DNA of 64,000 bases from Bacteroidota bacterium (GCA_016721435.1 JADKIC010000005.1:48157-112156); one strand, 5' to 3'. Numbered from the stretch's first letter, positions 44,201-55,402 are shown. Numbers and translations: made by a program. Notes: a model not told the origin generated them from the sequence alone.

Positions 44201-44937
44201 CCCCATACAGATCTCTTCCTGCCTAATCGTCGTAAAGCATCAAAGGCAGCGAGCAATAAGAATAAAATGGACGAGCCATATAAAAGTGAAATAAAATGCG
44301 GACAACGGTTTTCAATATCAGTTTTGCTAAAAGAAACCTGAAACAACTCTACTTTCTTTTCATCTCTAATTGAAAAAGCGTCCGGAGCTGTACCTGTTTC
44401 AAGTTGTGTATTCTCAGGGAGTTCAAGGGCCGGATGAAATTGGTTATTCAGGTATTTGTTCTGTAGTACATACTGATGCTGAACCAGCAATAGACCCACT
44501 AACAAGCGATCACCTACGGCTCGTGTTTGAAGAAAATACCAGCCATTCCCTACAAAATGTATCCTGCCGGGTGCCAGTTTGCGGATCTTCGCGGAGTCCG
44601 GCAGCACCTTATTGTCCGTCCAAAAACGAAGATTACCCGCTTCAAATACTAACACACTGGATAGCGGAGGCAGGTCCATATGCTGTACTTTCATTGAAAA
44701 AGCCCGGTCGTTGAAACGAGGACCTTCCATCTCCGTTTGAAGTTGATCAAGGGTTGAATTTAAACTACCGATCAGGCCATTTAACGCAATTTCTGCACTC
44801 TGAGCCGGCTTTTCCATAGATTGCGCTGCATTTTCCTGCCAAAGCTGTAATGAGAGTCCTGTGCATAAAAAACACAGAGCAAGCACACTGAATAGGAGAA
44901 GACGGCGTTTATAGGACATTAAAGCGAAAGTAGGCAC
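41225..44937 (-). pseudogene. Large multi-TM sensor histidine kinase (NtrY-like HAMP-HisKA-HATPase C-terminus), with three frameshifts
   Basis: Four consecutive minus-strand ORFs (43078..44937, 42684..43049, 42190..42705, 41225..42187) read as one ~1,230-aa protein. The last junction, ...KAIGF|LSLPYFDRD..., is restored by adding one T to the T5 run (A5 on the + strand, 42192-42196). The H-box is VAHEIKNPLTPM, and the ATPase motifs are NLIKNAQQA, DNGVGI and GTGLGLA. Confidence 0.75.
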
Positions 44938-45030
44938 TCCGGGAATGAATATACCGGAATCAGGCTGAATTTATTAACGAATTAATGTTTGCGTATGTTT
45001 TCCATCAGGATAATTTACCTTTGTTTCATT

Positions 45031-45528
45031 ATGAAAGCAATCATTAACGGTGCCGCGGAATGGCAAATTGAAAACGAAGGACTACAACTACTTATAAATG
45101 GTGAAATCCAACAATTTGATTTGAATCATGTTCAGTCCGGATCATATCACCTTATCCTGAACGGCGTTTCATTTGAAATGGAAGTATTGCAAAGTGATAC
45201 GACCAATAAAGAATATCTCATTAAAGTAAATGGAAAAAAAGTTGAAGTTAATCTACGAACAAAATACGATGAATTGCTAAAGGAATTAGGGATGGATAGT
45301 TCGGCGGCTTTACGCGTTGGCGATCTAAAAGCACCCATGCCCGGACTAGTGGTCAATATTCCTGTGGAAGAAGGCCAAAGTATTCTTAAAGGCGATACGC
45401 TTCTTGTCCTCGAAGCAATGAAAATGGAAAATTCACTGAAGGCAAGCGCTGATGCAATCGTAAAAAAGATAGCAGTAAAAAAGGGACAAGCAGTAGAAAA
45501 AAATGAAGTGCTGATTTATCTTTCTTGA
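45031..45528 (+). CDS. Biotin/lipoyl-attachment domain protein (biotin carboxyl carrier-like)
   Basis: The ORF is 44989..45528 with the likely start MKAIINGA (45031). The C-terminal biotinylation motif is LVLEAMKMENSL. Confidence 0.75.
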   Translation: MKAIINGAAEWQIENEGLQLLINGEIQQFDLNHVQSGSYHLILNGVSFEMEVLQSDTTNKEYLIKVNGKKVEVNLRTKYDELLKELGMDSSAALRVGDLKAPMPGLVVNIPVEEGQSILKGDTLLVLEAMKMENSLKASADAIVKKIAVKKGQAVEKNEVLIYLS

Positions 45529-45667
45529 AAATTTAGCTATACATAAACTTTGTTTTTCCGATCGATGTCACCTTCATTTTCTCTAAAATAACTAAGCACT
45601 CCGATTATAGCATAAAATACTAAATCACTATACCTTTCATTGTAAATCACTCATCAATTAAAAAAAC

Positions 45668-46369
45668 ATGGACAACAACTTCACCCGTCGGGATTTCATC
45701 AAAATTAGTGCTGCTGCTACGGCAGGAGCTGTCACTTTAGGATCAGGACTTATGGCGTCACCTCATGGTGACCCTAATTTTTCATTGCCTTTAATCCCCT
45801 ATGATTATAAAGCCCTCGAACCCCATATTGATGCACTCACCATGGAGATTCATCATTCCAGGCATCACAAAGCCTATGTTGACAACCTCAATAAACTATG
45901 CAGTGATCTGCATATTCATGATCCCTCACTCGATAATATTATAAAAAATATTTCAAAATTTCCGGCCGGTGTGCGTAATAACGGTGGCGGACACTGGAAC
46001 CACTCCTTTTTTTGGACAGTGATGAAACCTAACGGCGGGGGAGTACCAACAGGAAGAATTGCTGACGCAATAAATACCTCATTCGGAGACTTCGATAAAT
46101 TCAAGGAGTTATTCAACGAGGCTGCAAAAAGCAGATTTGGTTCCGGATGGGCATGGCTGGTAAAAACCACTGATGGTAAATTGGCCATCGGTTCAACTGC
46201 GAATCAGGATAATCCACTCATGGACATTTCTGATTTTAAGGGATCGCCTATTCTTGGACTTGATGTTTGGGAACATGCCTACTATTTAAAATATCAAAAC
46301 AAACGTGTGGATTACGTTAACGCCTGGTGGAATGTAGTGAATTGGGATGTAGTGGCGGGAAGAATGTAG
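45668..46369 (+). CDS. Fe/Mn-family superoxide dismutase with a twin-arginine signal peptide
   Basis: A 233-aa ORF. The N-terminus is [27 protein letters not shown]. The SOD motifs are [17 protein letters not shown] and [12 protein letters not shown]. Confidence 0.9.
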   Translation: MDNNFTRRDFIKISAAATAGAVTLGSGLMASPHGDPNFSLPLIPYDYKALEPHIDALTMEIHHSRHHKAYVDNLNKLCSDLHIHDPSLDNIIKNISKFPAGVRNNGGGHWNHSFFWTVMKPNGGGVPTGRIADAINTSFGDFDKFKELFNEAAKSRFGSGWAWLVKTTDGKLAIGSTANQDNPLMDISDFKGSPILGLDVWEHAYYLKYQNKRVDYVNAWWNVVNWDVVAGRM

Positions 46370-46382
46370 GAGAGGGTGTTGG

Positions 46383-46687
46383 TTGATTTACATTGATATA
46401 CTTGAGATACATTGAGATACATTGATATACTTGAGATACATTGATATACTTGAGATACATTGAGATACTTGAGATACATTGATATACTTGAGATACATTG
46501 AGATACATTGATATACTTGAGATACATTGATATACTTGAGATACATTGATATACTTGAGATACATTGATATACTTGAGATACATTGATATACTTGAGATA
46601 CATTGATATACTTGAGATACATTGATATACTTGAGATAAATTGAGATACTTGAGATACTTGAGATACATTGATATACTTGAGATACA
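46383..46687. repeat. Array 1: about 305 bp of alternating 10-bp and 9-bp units (ACATTGATAT / ACTTGAGAT, 19-bp super-unit)
   Basis: Direct reading. Every unit contains TTGA, giving TGA stops on the + strand. All three minus-strand frames are open (ORFs 46312..46734, 46317..46688, 46388..46669 give MYLKYINVSQ... peptides), which is a repeat artefact. Confidence 0.95.
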
Positions 46688-46829
46688 CTGACCTTCGTTG
46701 ATGTTCGATGTAGATTAATATACTTGGTGTGCATTAGTGTGGATTTGTAAATATAGATTTGGGCACTTCAAAACATATTGATATTTTTTCATGGATGTAC
46801 TTTTCATTTTATACTTTATACCACTCACC

Positions 46830-47135
46830 TCCATGTATTCCATGTTACCTCTATGAAACCTCAGGCCTTCCAAAGTACCTTTTGATTCTCCATGTATCCC
46901 CATCAATCCCTTGTCTCCCATATAAATCCATGTCTACTCTTGTCTCCTCATATATCCAGGTCTCCCCTAGTATATCTAAGTATATCCAAGTATCCCCAAG
47001 TTTATCCAGGTCTCCCCAATTATATCCAAGTCTCCCTAAGTATCCCCAAGTTTATCCAAGTCTCCCCAAGTATATCCAAGTCTCCCCAAGTATATCCAAG
47101 TCTCCCAAAGTATATCCATTTATATCCAAGTATTT
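46830..47135. repeat. Array 2: 10-bp units (AAGTATATCC / AAGTCTCCCC, 20-bp super-unit), the inverted counterpart of array 1
   Basis: The clean core is 46951-47130, and degenerate 10-bp units extend left to about 46830. The reverse complement of array 1 reads AAGTATATC-AATGTATCTC, which parallels AAGTATATCC-AAGTCTCCCC. The array ends about 50 bp before the efflux-adaptor start codon. Confidence 0.9.
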
Positions 47136-47185
47136 CATTGTACTTTTTTCCCCTGTTCTCCTTATCTTAGCCAAAACGAATAATT

Positions 47186-48241
47186 ATGCGTGCCAAAACT
47201 TTTATCATCATCCTACTCGTGATCGGGGCTTTGTTCCTTATTAAGAAGTTTTTGCTTCCATCTGAACAAACACCGGCCGGTGGTCAGGGAAGAGGTGCTC
47301 CTGTGGCGGTGGATGTGAAGATCATTACACCAGTGATTTTCGATGAAGTGGTGCAAAGTACCGGAACAATTCTCGCCAATGAAGAAGTAACCCTGAAAGC
47401 GGAAGTTGCAGGTCGAATTACAAAATTGCTCATCAAGGAGGGCGGGAAAGTAAAGAGAGGAGATTTATTAGTTAAGATTAACGATGCTGAACTTCGTGCT
47501 CAACTTTCAAAAGTAGCCTCCGGTTTAAAACTGGCGGAGCAACGATTAGAACGCAATAAGAAACTATTGACGATTGAAGGAATCAGTCGTGAAGAATACG
47601 ATGTTCTGCAAACAGAAGTGGAATCGCTTAAAGCGGAGAAAGATGTGATCCTTGCTCAAATTGATAAAACAGAAATCCGGGCACCCTTCAATGGTGTGCT
47701 TGGATTAAAACAAATTAGCGAAGGAGCCTATGTCACCAGCTTGCAGGATATTATTACTTTACAACAATTAGATCCGCTTAAACTCGAATTTAGTATTCCT
47801 GAAAATTATTTAGGAAGAATAAAAACAGGAGATACCGTAGCCTATAGCCTTAGCGGTCAAAGTTCTTCCTACACTGGAACAGTGTATGCCATTGAACCTG
47901 GTGTAAATGCCGGAAGCAGAAGTATCAACATCCGCGCCTATTGCTCCAATACCTCTTCGCAAGTGTTACCGGGAGCCTTCGCACGCGTAAAACTCCGGCT
48001 TTCTTCATCGAATTCCCTATTGGTGCCTACACAAGCTATTGTACCTGTACTTAAAGGAAAGCAACTATTTATTGTAAGATCGGGTAAAGCCGATACCGTT
48101 ACTGTAAGTACAGGAGTCAGGAATGATACAGCCATACAGATTCTTAGCGGGCTCACTGCGGGTGATACCGTTATCATCACCGGACTCCTTCAGCTTCGTC
48201 CGGGAAGCGAAATTAAATTGAGAAATAAGAGCACGCTTTAA
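47186..48241 (+). CDS. RND efflux periplasmic adaptor (membrane fusion protein)
   Basis: A 351-aa ORF with an N-terminal TM anchor, a lipoyl/hairpin region (AGRITKLLIKEGGKVKRGDLLVKINDAEL), a coiled coil and beta-barrel domains. It lies directly upstream of the RND pump gene. Confidence 0.85.
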   Translation: MRAKTFIIILLVIGALFLIKKFLLPSEQTPAGGQGRGAPVAVDVKIITPVIFDEVVQSTGTILANEEVTLKAEVAGRITKLLIKEGGKVKRGDLLVKINDAELRAQLSKVASGLKLAEQRLERNKKLLTIEGISREEYDVLQTEVESLKAEKDVILAQIDKTEIRAPFNGVLGLKQISEGAYVTSLQDIITLQQLDPLKLEFSIPENYLGRIKTGDTVAYSLSGQSSSYTGTVYAIEPGVNAGSRSINIRAYCSNTSSQVLPGAFARVKLRLSSSNSLLVPTQAIVPVLKGKQLFIVRSGKADTVTVSTGVRNDTAIQILSGLTAGDTVIITGLLQLRPGSEIKLRNKSTL

Positions 48242-48243
48242 AT

Positions 48244-51200
48244 ATGAACCTGCCTTCAATAAGTATTAACCGTCCCGTGCTTGCGATAGTGATGTCGCTG
48301 TTGATTATTCTATTTGGTGGGATTGGATTTAACTTTCTTGGCGTCCGCGAATATCCGTCTATTGATCCGCCTGTTATCACCGTACGTACCGGTTATGCGG
48401 GTGCTAATGCAGATGTGGTGGAGTCTCAGATCACTGAACCGCTGGAGAAAGCCATCAATGGAATTGCAGGTATTCGTACTATATCTTCGGCGAGCAATCT
48501 GGGCAGCAGTGTTATTACCGTTGAATTCGATCTGGAAGTCGGTCTCGAAGCTGCTGCTAATGATGTACGCGATAAAGTCTCACAGGCAGTTCGCAACCTT
48601 CCACAGGATATTGACGCTTTGCCGACAGTAACGAAGAGCGATGCCAACTCTGATGCGATTATCTCCCTCACAGTACAGAGCGACACCAGAAATGTGCTTG
48701 AGTTAAGTGATTTTGCAGAAAATGTTATCGCAGAGCGGCTGCAGACTATCCCCGGTGTAAGCACCATCCAGATTTGGGGACAGAAGAGATATGCCATGCG
48801 CTTGTGGCTGGACCCTGCTCGTCTTGCTTCTTTCCGTCTAACGCCTCTGGATGTACGAAATGCATTGGAAAAAGAGAATGTAGATCTTCCGGGTGGTAAA
48901 GTGGTTGGAAACAGCTCCGAGCTTACTGTGAAAACCATTGGTCGACTCACTTCTGAAGCGGAATTCAATGACCTGATCATTAAAAGCGAAGGGAATAACA
49001 TAATTCGCCTCAAAGATGTGGGGTATGCCACATTGGGACCGGAAAACGAGGAAACAATTTTAAAGAACAATGGTATTCCCATGGTGGCCTGCGCTATTGT
49101 ACCTCAACCGGGCTCGAATTACATTGACATAGCCGATGAATTTTACAAAAGGCTGGAACAAATTAAAAAAGATATTCCTTCCGATTTAAAAATTGGTCTT
49201 GCACTTGATAATACCCGCTTTGTCAGAAATTCTGTAAAGGAAGTAGAAGAAACTTTGCTCATCGCCATTTTACTTGTGGTGTTGATTATTTTCCTGTTCT
49301 TCCGCGATTGGCTCATTGCCCTGCGCCCGCTGATTGACATTCCCGTTTCCTTGATTGGCGCTTTCTTCATCATGTACCTTTTCGGTTTTTCCATCAATGT
49401 ACTCACTCTCCTGGCCATCGTACTTGCTACCGGATTAGTAGTGGATGATGGCATTGTGGTGACTGAGAATATCTTTAAAAAGTAGAAAAAGGAATGAGTC
49501 CTTTGGAAGCTGCCCATAAAGGGTCGGCTGAAATATTTTTTGTCGTTATCTCTACTTCCATTACACTGGCAGCTGTGTTTCTACCGGTGATTTTCATGGA
49601 AGGGTTTGTTGGAAGACTATTTCGCGAATTTGGGATTGTACTCTCGGGTGCGGTGCTGATTTCTGCTTTTGTAAGTCTCACGCTTACGCCTATGCTCAAT
49701 GCGCGCCTTATCCGCAAGAATCAGAAACATAGTCGCTTTTATGAAAGGACGGAACCCTTCTTCCGTAAACTGGATGACAACTACCGGAACTCCTTGCAGC
49801 AATTCATGAAGAAACGCTATATGGCCTGGGTAGTACTGGGCCTGGTAACAGGAATGATATTTCTTTTCGGAGGGATGTTAAAGAAAGAACTCGCTCCGTT
49901 AGAAGACAGGAATTGGTTTAGATTGCTCGTGACTGCACCTGAAGGAGCTTCTTTCGAGTACACCGACAAATTCATGAATTCCGTTGCGGACATGATCATG
50001 GATTCTGTTCCGGAAAGACGTATATGCCTTACCGTTACTGCACCGGGATTTGCCGGCTCAGGGGCTGTGAATACGGGATTTGGTCGTATCGTACTCACTA
50101 CTCCTGATGAACGAAAGCGCAGTCAGCAGCAAATCGTAGATCAGGTCAGTGCTTTCACGCGGTCTTTTCCGGCAGCACGAACATTCGTTGTTCAGGAGCA
50201 GACGTTATCTGCAGGAGGTGGTCCGAGAGGTAGCCTTCCCGTTCAGTTCGTCATCCAAAATTCTGATTTTGAAAAACTGAAAGCGGTGATTCCGGTGTTC
50301 ATGAAAGAAATAAATAGCAATCCCGTATTTCAGGGCAGTGATGTCAACCTGAAATTTAATAAACCGGAATTGCAGGTGAGTATCGATCGGGAGAAGGCAC
50401 GCATGCTGGGGGTATCCATGCTGGATGTTGCGCAAACATTACAACTTGCGTTCAGCGGACAGCGCTTCGCTTATTTTCAGCGACAAGGAAAACAATACCA
50501 GGTAATCGGACAATTTGACCGCGCCAACAGGGATGAGCCTACTGACCTTCGTATGATCTATCTCCGAAATGATAAAGGAGAGTTGGTCCAATTAGACAAT
50601 GTGGTGAAGTTGGAAGAGCAAAGCAGTCCGCCACAACTTTATCATTACAATCGTTTTAAGGCCGCCACTCTCAGTGCAGGACTTGCGCCCGGAAGTACCA
50701 TCGGCGATGGTGTTGAAGCCATGAACAGAATTGCAGAGAAAGTACTGGATGAAAGTTTTAGTACTGAACTTACCGGTGCCAGCAGGGACTATGCGGAAAG
50801 TTCTTCCAATGCTCTTTATGCATTTATGCTGGCACGGTTATTATTTATCTTATCCTTGCTGCACAATTTGAAAGTTTCATAGATCCATTGATTATCATGC
50901 TTACCGTACCATTGGCTTTAGGAGGTGCCGTTTTTCTTTATGGTATTTTAATCTGACATTAAATATTTTCAGTCAGATCGGCATGATCATGCTTATCGGT
51001 TTAGTGACCAAGAATGGTATCATGATTGTGGAATTCGCGAATAAGATCCGTGAATCGAAAAAGTAAAATGGATGCTATCCTTGAAGCTTCTGCTTTACGT
51101 CTGCGACCAATTCTTATGACTAGCCTTGCAACGATGTTGGGGGCTCTACCCATTGCTTTGGCTTTAGGAGCAGGGGCAAGAAGCAGAATTCCTTTGGGAG

Positions 51201-51304
51201 TAGTGATTATAGGTGGACTACTGTTCGCTTTGATATTAACCCTTTATGTTATCCCGGTTATTTATACATACTTAAGTCGAAAAAAAGATGTGTCAAACGG
51301 ATAG
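48244..51304 (+). pseudogene. RND (AcrB/HAE1-type) efflux permease with at least four frameshifts
   Basis: ORFs 48244..49485, 49494..50882 and 51026..51304, plus two unlisted short frames, read as one pump. The junctions are: ...ENIFKK|VEKGMSPLEAA... (A5 at 49477-49481), ...FMLA|.VIIYLILAAQFESFIDPLIIM... (about 50830-50836), ...GGAVF|SLWYFNLTLNIFSQIGMIMLIGLVTKNGI... (T5 at 50931-50935), and ...EFANKIRES|KSKMDAILEASALRLRPILMTS (A5 at 51058-51062). Confidence 0.85.
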
Positions 51305-51316
51305 GAGGTATATTTT

Positions 51317-52623
51317 ATGAAGCATTATAAAGTTCATATCAAAAATTCACTGTTGCTCTACCTGATCATTGGCTGTACCACTGTTCAAGCTCAGGAATCC
51401 TTGCTATTGAAAGATGCCATCACTATCACTTTGGAGAAAAATTATGATGTTCAGGTAGCGAAGTTGACCTCCCGGCAAGCGGAGATAAATAATTCAGCTG
51501 GCGAAGCCGGTATGCTGCCGGTGGTGTCATTGGATGGTAATTACTCCAAGACAGATCTTAATTTGAAGCAGAACCTTGCAGATGGAAGAGTGATTGAGCA
51601 AGACGGGGCTGCGTCAACGTTATACAATGCAAGCGCCGGATTAAACTGGATACTTTTTGATGGATTAACCATGTTTGCCAGGAAGGAAAGACTTGGCAGT
51701 TTTGCTGAAGAATCCAGGCTCACCATGAAATTGCAAATGGAAGGGGCTATTCAACAGGTCATCGCCGCCTATTTTGCAGTAAAGGTTGAAGAAGAAAATC
51801 TGAAAACATTGGCAGCCTTGCTGAAGGTGGATAGCATTCGCGTTGTTCTCGCTGAAGCCCGTCTGGAAGCAGGCAACGGATCGAAACCGGCTGTCTTGCA
51901 AGCCAAACTGGAGCAAAATCTCCACCTTGCACAACAGCTGGAGAGAAAATCTGCTCTGCTGACTCAGATGGAAAACCTGAACATCCTCCTTGGAAGAGAT
52001 CCTCTATCCTATTCACTGCAACAGATAGCATAGTTATAGGGTCAGTTGCAATTGATGAAAGTTCCCGCAACAATGATCTGCGACTACGGCTGGCTGAACA
52101 ACAGAAACGTACAGCCTTTCAATGGCTCCAAGAAAACAAAGGAGCACGATGGCCGGTATTGACTTTAAATGCAGACTATAGTTTCAATAAAACGGAAAAT
52201 GAAGCCGGCTTTCTATTGGAAAATCAAAATTTTGGTCCCGGGATTGGATTGAACTTTCGTTGGAATATTTTCAATGGTTTTAGAACGAATAGACTTATCA
52301 AAAATGCTGAGCTCAACCTGCAAATTGCGGAGACGATGCAAATGGAAGTATTAAGTATCCGCCAGCAAGCTGAGAAAAAATTAATACGGGAATTCAACGA
52401 CCGGATAAGCATGATTGCATTGGAAGAACAAAGCAGCATAATGGCAGCCGAAAATCTTAACATTGTTTTGGAACGTTTACGCTCAGGACTAAGCACATCC
52501 CTCGAAATTCAGGAAGCACAACGTAGTTATCAGGATGCGGTTGGCAGACTTCTGACAGCAAAGTACAATGCAAAAATAGCAGAGACGGAGATTTTACGAT
52601 TAAAAGGTGAATTGTTAAAATAA
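51317..52623 (+). pseudogene. TolC-family outer-membrane efflux protein with one frameshift
   Basis: ORF 51317..52033 is followed by a frame open from about 52010 (…FTATDSIVIGSVAIDESSRNNDLRLRLAEQQK…), which the track lists only from 52159. The junction is at about 52000-52015. Confidence 0.75.
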
Positions 52624-52730
52624 CTTCAATAAAGTTATGCATTTAAGGATTATTACAACTTTTAATTTTCAAGCATGATGAACTCCGTTGCAGGGCTGAA
52701 AATTTTTAAACTAGCATTCTATAAATGAAA

Positions 52731-52760
52731 AAGCCCTGCACTCCATTGTGTACAGGGCTT
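52731..52760. terminator. Bidirectional terminator hairpin between convergent genes
   Basis: AAAA-AGCCCTG-(14 nt loop)-CAGGGCT-TTTC. The A-run and T-rich flanks serve both strands. Confidence 0.6.
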
Positions 52761-52777
52761 TTCAAATGAGAATAAGT

Positions 52778-53620
52778 TTATTGTTTCGGTTCCATCAGCT
52801 TAAAGAACTGATCGAGTTGAGGAAGAATGACGATGCGCGTTCTGCGGTTTTTCGCACGGCCATCGGCACTGGTATTCGGTGCAACAGAGATGTATTCGCT
52901 TCTGCCTGCTGCAATGATGCGCGTTGGATCTACACCATACGTCTTTTGCAGCACGCGAACAACTGCGGTAGCTCTTAAAACGCTGAGGTCCCAGTTATCT
53001 TTAATAGTAGCAGTTGCAATGGATTTGTTATCTGTATGACCTTCTACCATAAATTGAACATCGGGCTGTCCTTTTATGACAGTAGCTACCTTTCCAAGTA
53101 CTTCTTTTGCTTTCGGCATAATATCATAGCTACCACTGCGGAAGAGCATCTTATCGGAAATGCTGATAAACACCGCGCTTCCTTCTACTTTAATATTTAC
53201 ATCTTCATCATTAACATCTTTGAGCTCACCTTTTAGATTCAATACTAAAGCCATATTCAAAGAATCCTTTCTTGCCATCGCCGTTTGTAAATCCTTGATA
53301 TATGTGTCCTTTGAATTGATATTTTCAAGTGACTTACGGATACTCTCCGCCTGCGATGCGCTGATCACTGACATGTCGCTCAATTGTTTCAACATGGTGG
53401 TGCTATTTGCTTTTGCATCTGCCAATTCCTTCTCCAATTTCTGCAAATCACCAATCTGTTTGTTTTTCTCCGCTAAACAGCGCTGTAAATTTGACTCGGT
53501 CGTATCGAAATCTGCTTTCAATTTAGTATATTGATCTACTTGATTGTTATACTTCTTACGACTAACACATCCGGACGCCATAATGGCAACGAGGATAAAC
53601 ACTGATACTATTCGTAACAT
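52778..53620 (-). CDS. OmpA-family (OmpA/MotB C-terminal domain) lipoprotein with a coiled-coil N-terminal half
   Basis: A 280-aa ORF with lipobox VAIMASGC. The OmpA-like region is VEGHTDNKSIA...NWDLSVLRATAVVRVL...GRAKNRRTRIVILP. Confidence 0.85.
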   Translation of the reverse strand: MLRIVSVFILVAIMASGCVSRKKYNNQVDQYTKLKADFDTTESNLQRCLAEKNKQIGDLQKLEKELADAKANSTTMLKQLSDMSVISASQAESIRKSLENINSKDTYIKDLQTAMARKDSLNMALVLNLKGELKDVNDEDVNIKVEGSAVFISISDKMLFRSGSYDIMPKAKEVLGKVATVIKGQPDVQFMVEGHTDNKSIATATIKDNWDLSVLRATAVVRVLQKTYGVDPTRIIAAGRSEYISVAPNTSADGRAKNRRTRIVILPQLDQFFKLMEPKQ

Positions 53621-53895
53621 AATTTTATTTGGTTTTTAAATCAGAAGGCAAAGTTACGACAATGAAAATCATCTTTTGCAAATGGAATTAAACTTAAAAC
53701 CAACAGCTAAGTATTGGTTCAATAATCTACAAAACAGACCTTTATGGCATGAATTAACAAACAAATCAATGGCATAAACACTACCATGACCTTATGATTA
53801 ATCTCATTGAATTAAGAAATGCCGAAATAGTTGCATCTGTTTACCACCTTAAAATATTAATTTAAAAAACACTTCCTGATCCTTTGTGGAGTTAC

Positions 53896-54609
53896 TTATT
53901 CGTCCTTCTCCAATAACAACTGCGACTTCAAATACATGGCATTTCGTCCCCGCTGAAATGTTTTGGATAAGAAATCAAGGTCGTTAGTATACGCGAGTGA
54001 GGTATTTAAAAGATCCAATTCCTGCTCCGACCAGGGCTCATGCGACCGGGGATGTTCTTTACGAATTTTCATCACCGCAGGAGTCAAATCATTTCCTTTC
54101 TTAATAATACCAATTGAAAAAATCAGTTCTTCCAATCTTCTAACCGCGGCATCGGATAGCTTATTGTAAGCGGCTTGATTGAAGAAGGGATGCTCAGATA
54201 CATCAACACCGAAATCCTCCTCCACTTGTTTCTCAAAATAATCATCGATCTGAACCCGAAGTATATTTCTGAACTTTCTATCGATACTTTGAAATAGGTG
54301 GTGGTTCTTGATATCATTAAATTTTGCGGCATGACTTCCCAGCAGAAATTTAGTTACCATAGCGGAGGAAGCTTTCAGTCCTTGATTTTTAATCAACATT
54401 CTCAATTCTTCAATTTGCTCGTTGCTAACAAGGCTTGCACCGGAAACGGAGGATAATGCATCGCTCCCCTCATCCGCTTTCGCCAAGGCCCAATGCAGCA
54501 TATTTCGGACCGACTCTTCGTTCAGAATTTCATCAGAACAGACTTCTCCTGTCACAGGATTACAGCCATTGAGTAAGGCTTCAATTATTTGTTTGTGGGG
54601 ATTCATCAT
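53896..54609 (-). CDS. Hypothetical protein with a C-terminal SANT/Myb-like helix-turn-helix segment
   Basis: A 237-aa ORF. The only recognisable feature is HEPWSEQELDLLNTSLAYTNDLDFLSKTFQRGRNAMYLK. I can support no functional call. Confidence 0.4.
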   Translation of the reverse strand: MMNPHKQIIEALLNGCNPVTGEVCSDEILNEESVRNMLHWALAKADEGSDALSSVSGASLVSNEQIEELRMLIKNQGLKASSAMVTKFLLGSHAAKFNDIKNHHLFQSIDRKFRNILRVQIDDYFEKQVEEDFGVDVSEHPFFNQAAYNKLSDAAVRRLEELIFSIGIIKKGNDLTPAVMKIRKEHPRSHEPWSEQELDLLNTSLAYTNDLDFLSKTFQRGRNAMYLKSQLLLEKDE

Positions 54610-54728
54610 CTATTTTTACTTTTTTAAAGTCTATCACTTTTCTGATATAAATACATAGACACATTATTTTATGGCGTATTGCAAAATCGTTGATAGTTCA
54701 AACTTTGTGTACATCAATATTATTTTGA

Positions 54729-55262
54729 TTATGTAGTTGAACGCTTGTAATGAAGTTGTACTAACCCTTTGTCAAACTTTTTTACCGAAACAAGTTCTAA
54801 ATTTTGTTCAGGTCTTCCATCTTTGAAAAGTCGTGTTCCGCTACCCACCAATATTGGAATAACGGAAATAATAAACTCGTCAATAAGGTTATCTTTTAGA
54901 AGTTCATTGACTATTTCGGCACCACCGTCACAAAAAATATTTTTCCCATTCTCCGATTTTAGCCGGTCAACAAGTGATTTAAGATTACCGGTGTAAAATT
55001 TTACTGATCCTATGGTTGGCCTTGGTGTCCTTGTAATAATATAGGCGTCTTTATCGGTGTGTGGAAAGTCAACACCCATGGATAGTACCTTATCATAAGT
55101 TTTACGCCCAACAATAACCGTGTCCACAGTTTTTACGAAGTCTGCGTAACCGTAGTCTTGTCCTTCTTCCTCGACAATTGAAAGAAAATCAAGATCATCA
55201 TTTGGTTTGGCAATATAGCCATCTAAACTAACTGCAATGTATACTATTACTTTTCTGCTCAC
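54729..55262 (-). CDS. Dihydrofolate-reductase-family protein (RibD C-terminal domain type)
   Basis: A 177-aa ORF with KVIVYIAVSLDGYIAKPNDDLDFL ... VIVGRKTYD ... IFCDGGAEIVNELL. Confidence 0.75.
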   Translation of the reverse strand: MSRKVIVYIAVSLDGYIAKPNDDLDFLSIVEEEGQDYGYADFVKTVDTVIVGRKTYDKVLSMGVDFPHTDKDAYIITRTPRPTIGSVKFYTGNLKSLVDRLKSENGKNIFCDGGAEIVNELLKDNLIDEFIISVIPILVGSGTRLFKDGRPEQNLELVSVKKFDKGLVQLHYKRSTT

Positions 55263-55402
55263 CTTAATTCGTTATGCCTGTTATTAATATTGCCAACATC
55301 ATCTACCTTGCCTGAAAACAATCTACAATTACCCAAATGGGTTTTCGAGATTACTATCCACGACCTTGCGTTTAATTCTTTCAATTCCTTTCATCTTTAT
55401 AC

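Noticed and set aside
46312-46734. Three overlapping minus-strand ORFs (MYLKYINVSQVYQCISSIS…) and the + strand ORFs 46759..47244 and 46892..47170 as genes for repetitive proteins.
   Set aside because: All frames are open only because the 9-10-bp units lack stop codons on that strand. The peptides are pure repeat translations with no signal peptide, start context or domain. One of them overlaps the genuine start of the efflux-adaptor gene.
46951-47130. The TTATCCA words in array 2 (TTATCCAGG / TTATCCAAG) as DnaA boxes marking a replication origin.
   Set aside because: They match only 7 of 9 positions of the TTATCCACA consensus. The words arise from the repeat unit itself. There is no dnaA gene and no AT-rich unwinding element that I could recognise. 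This could still be tested with a GC-skew plot.
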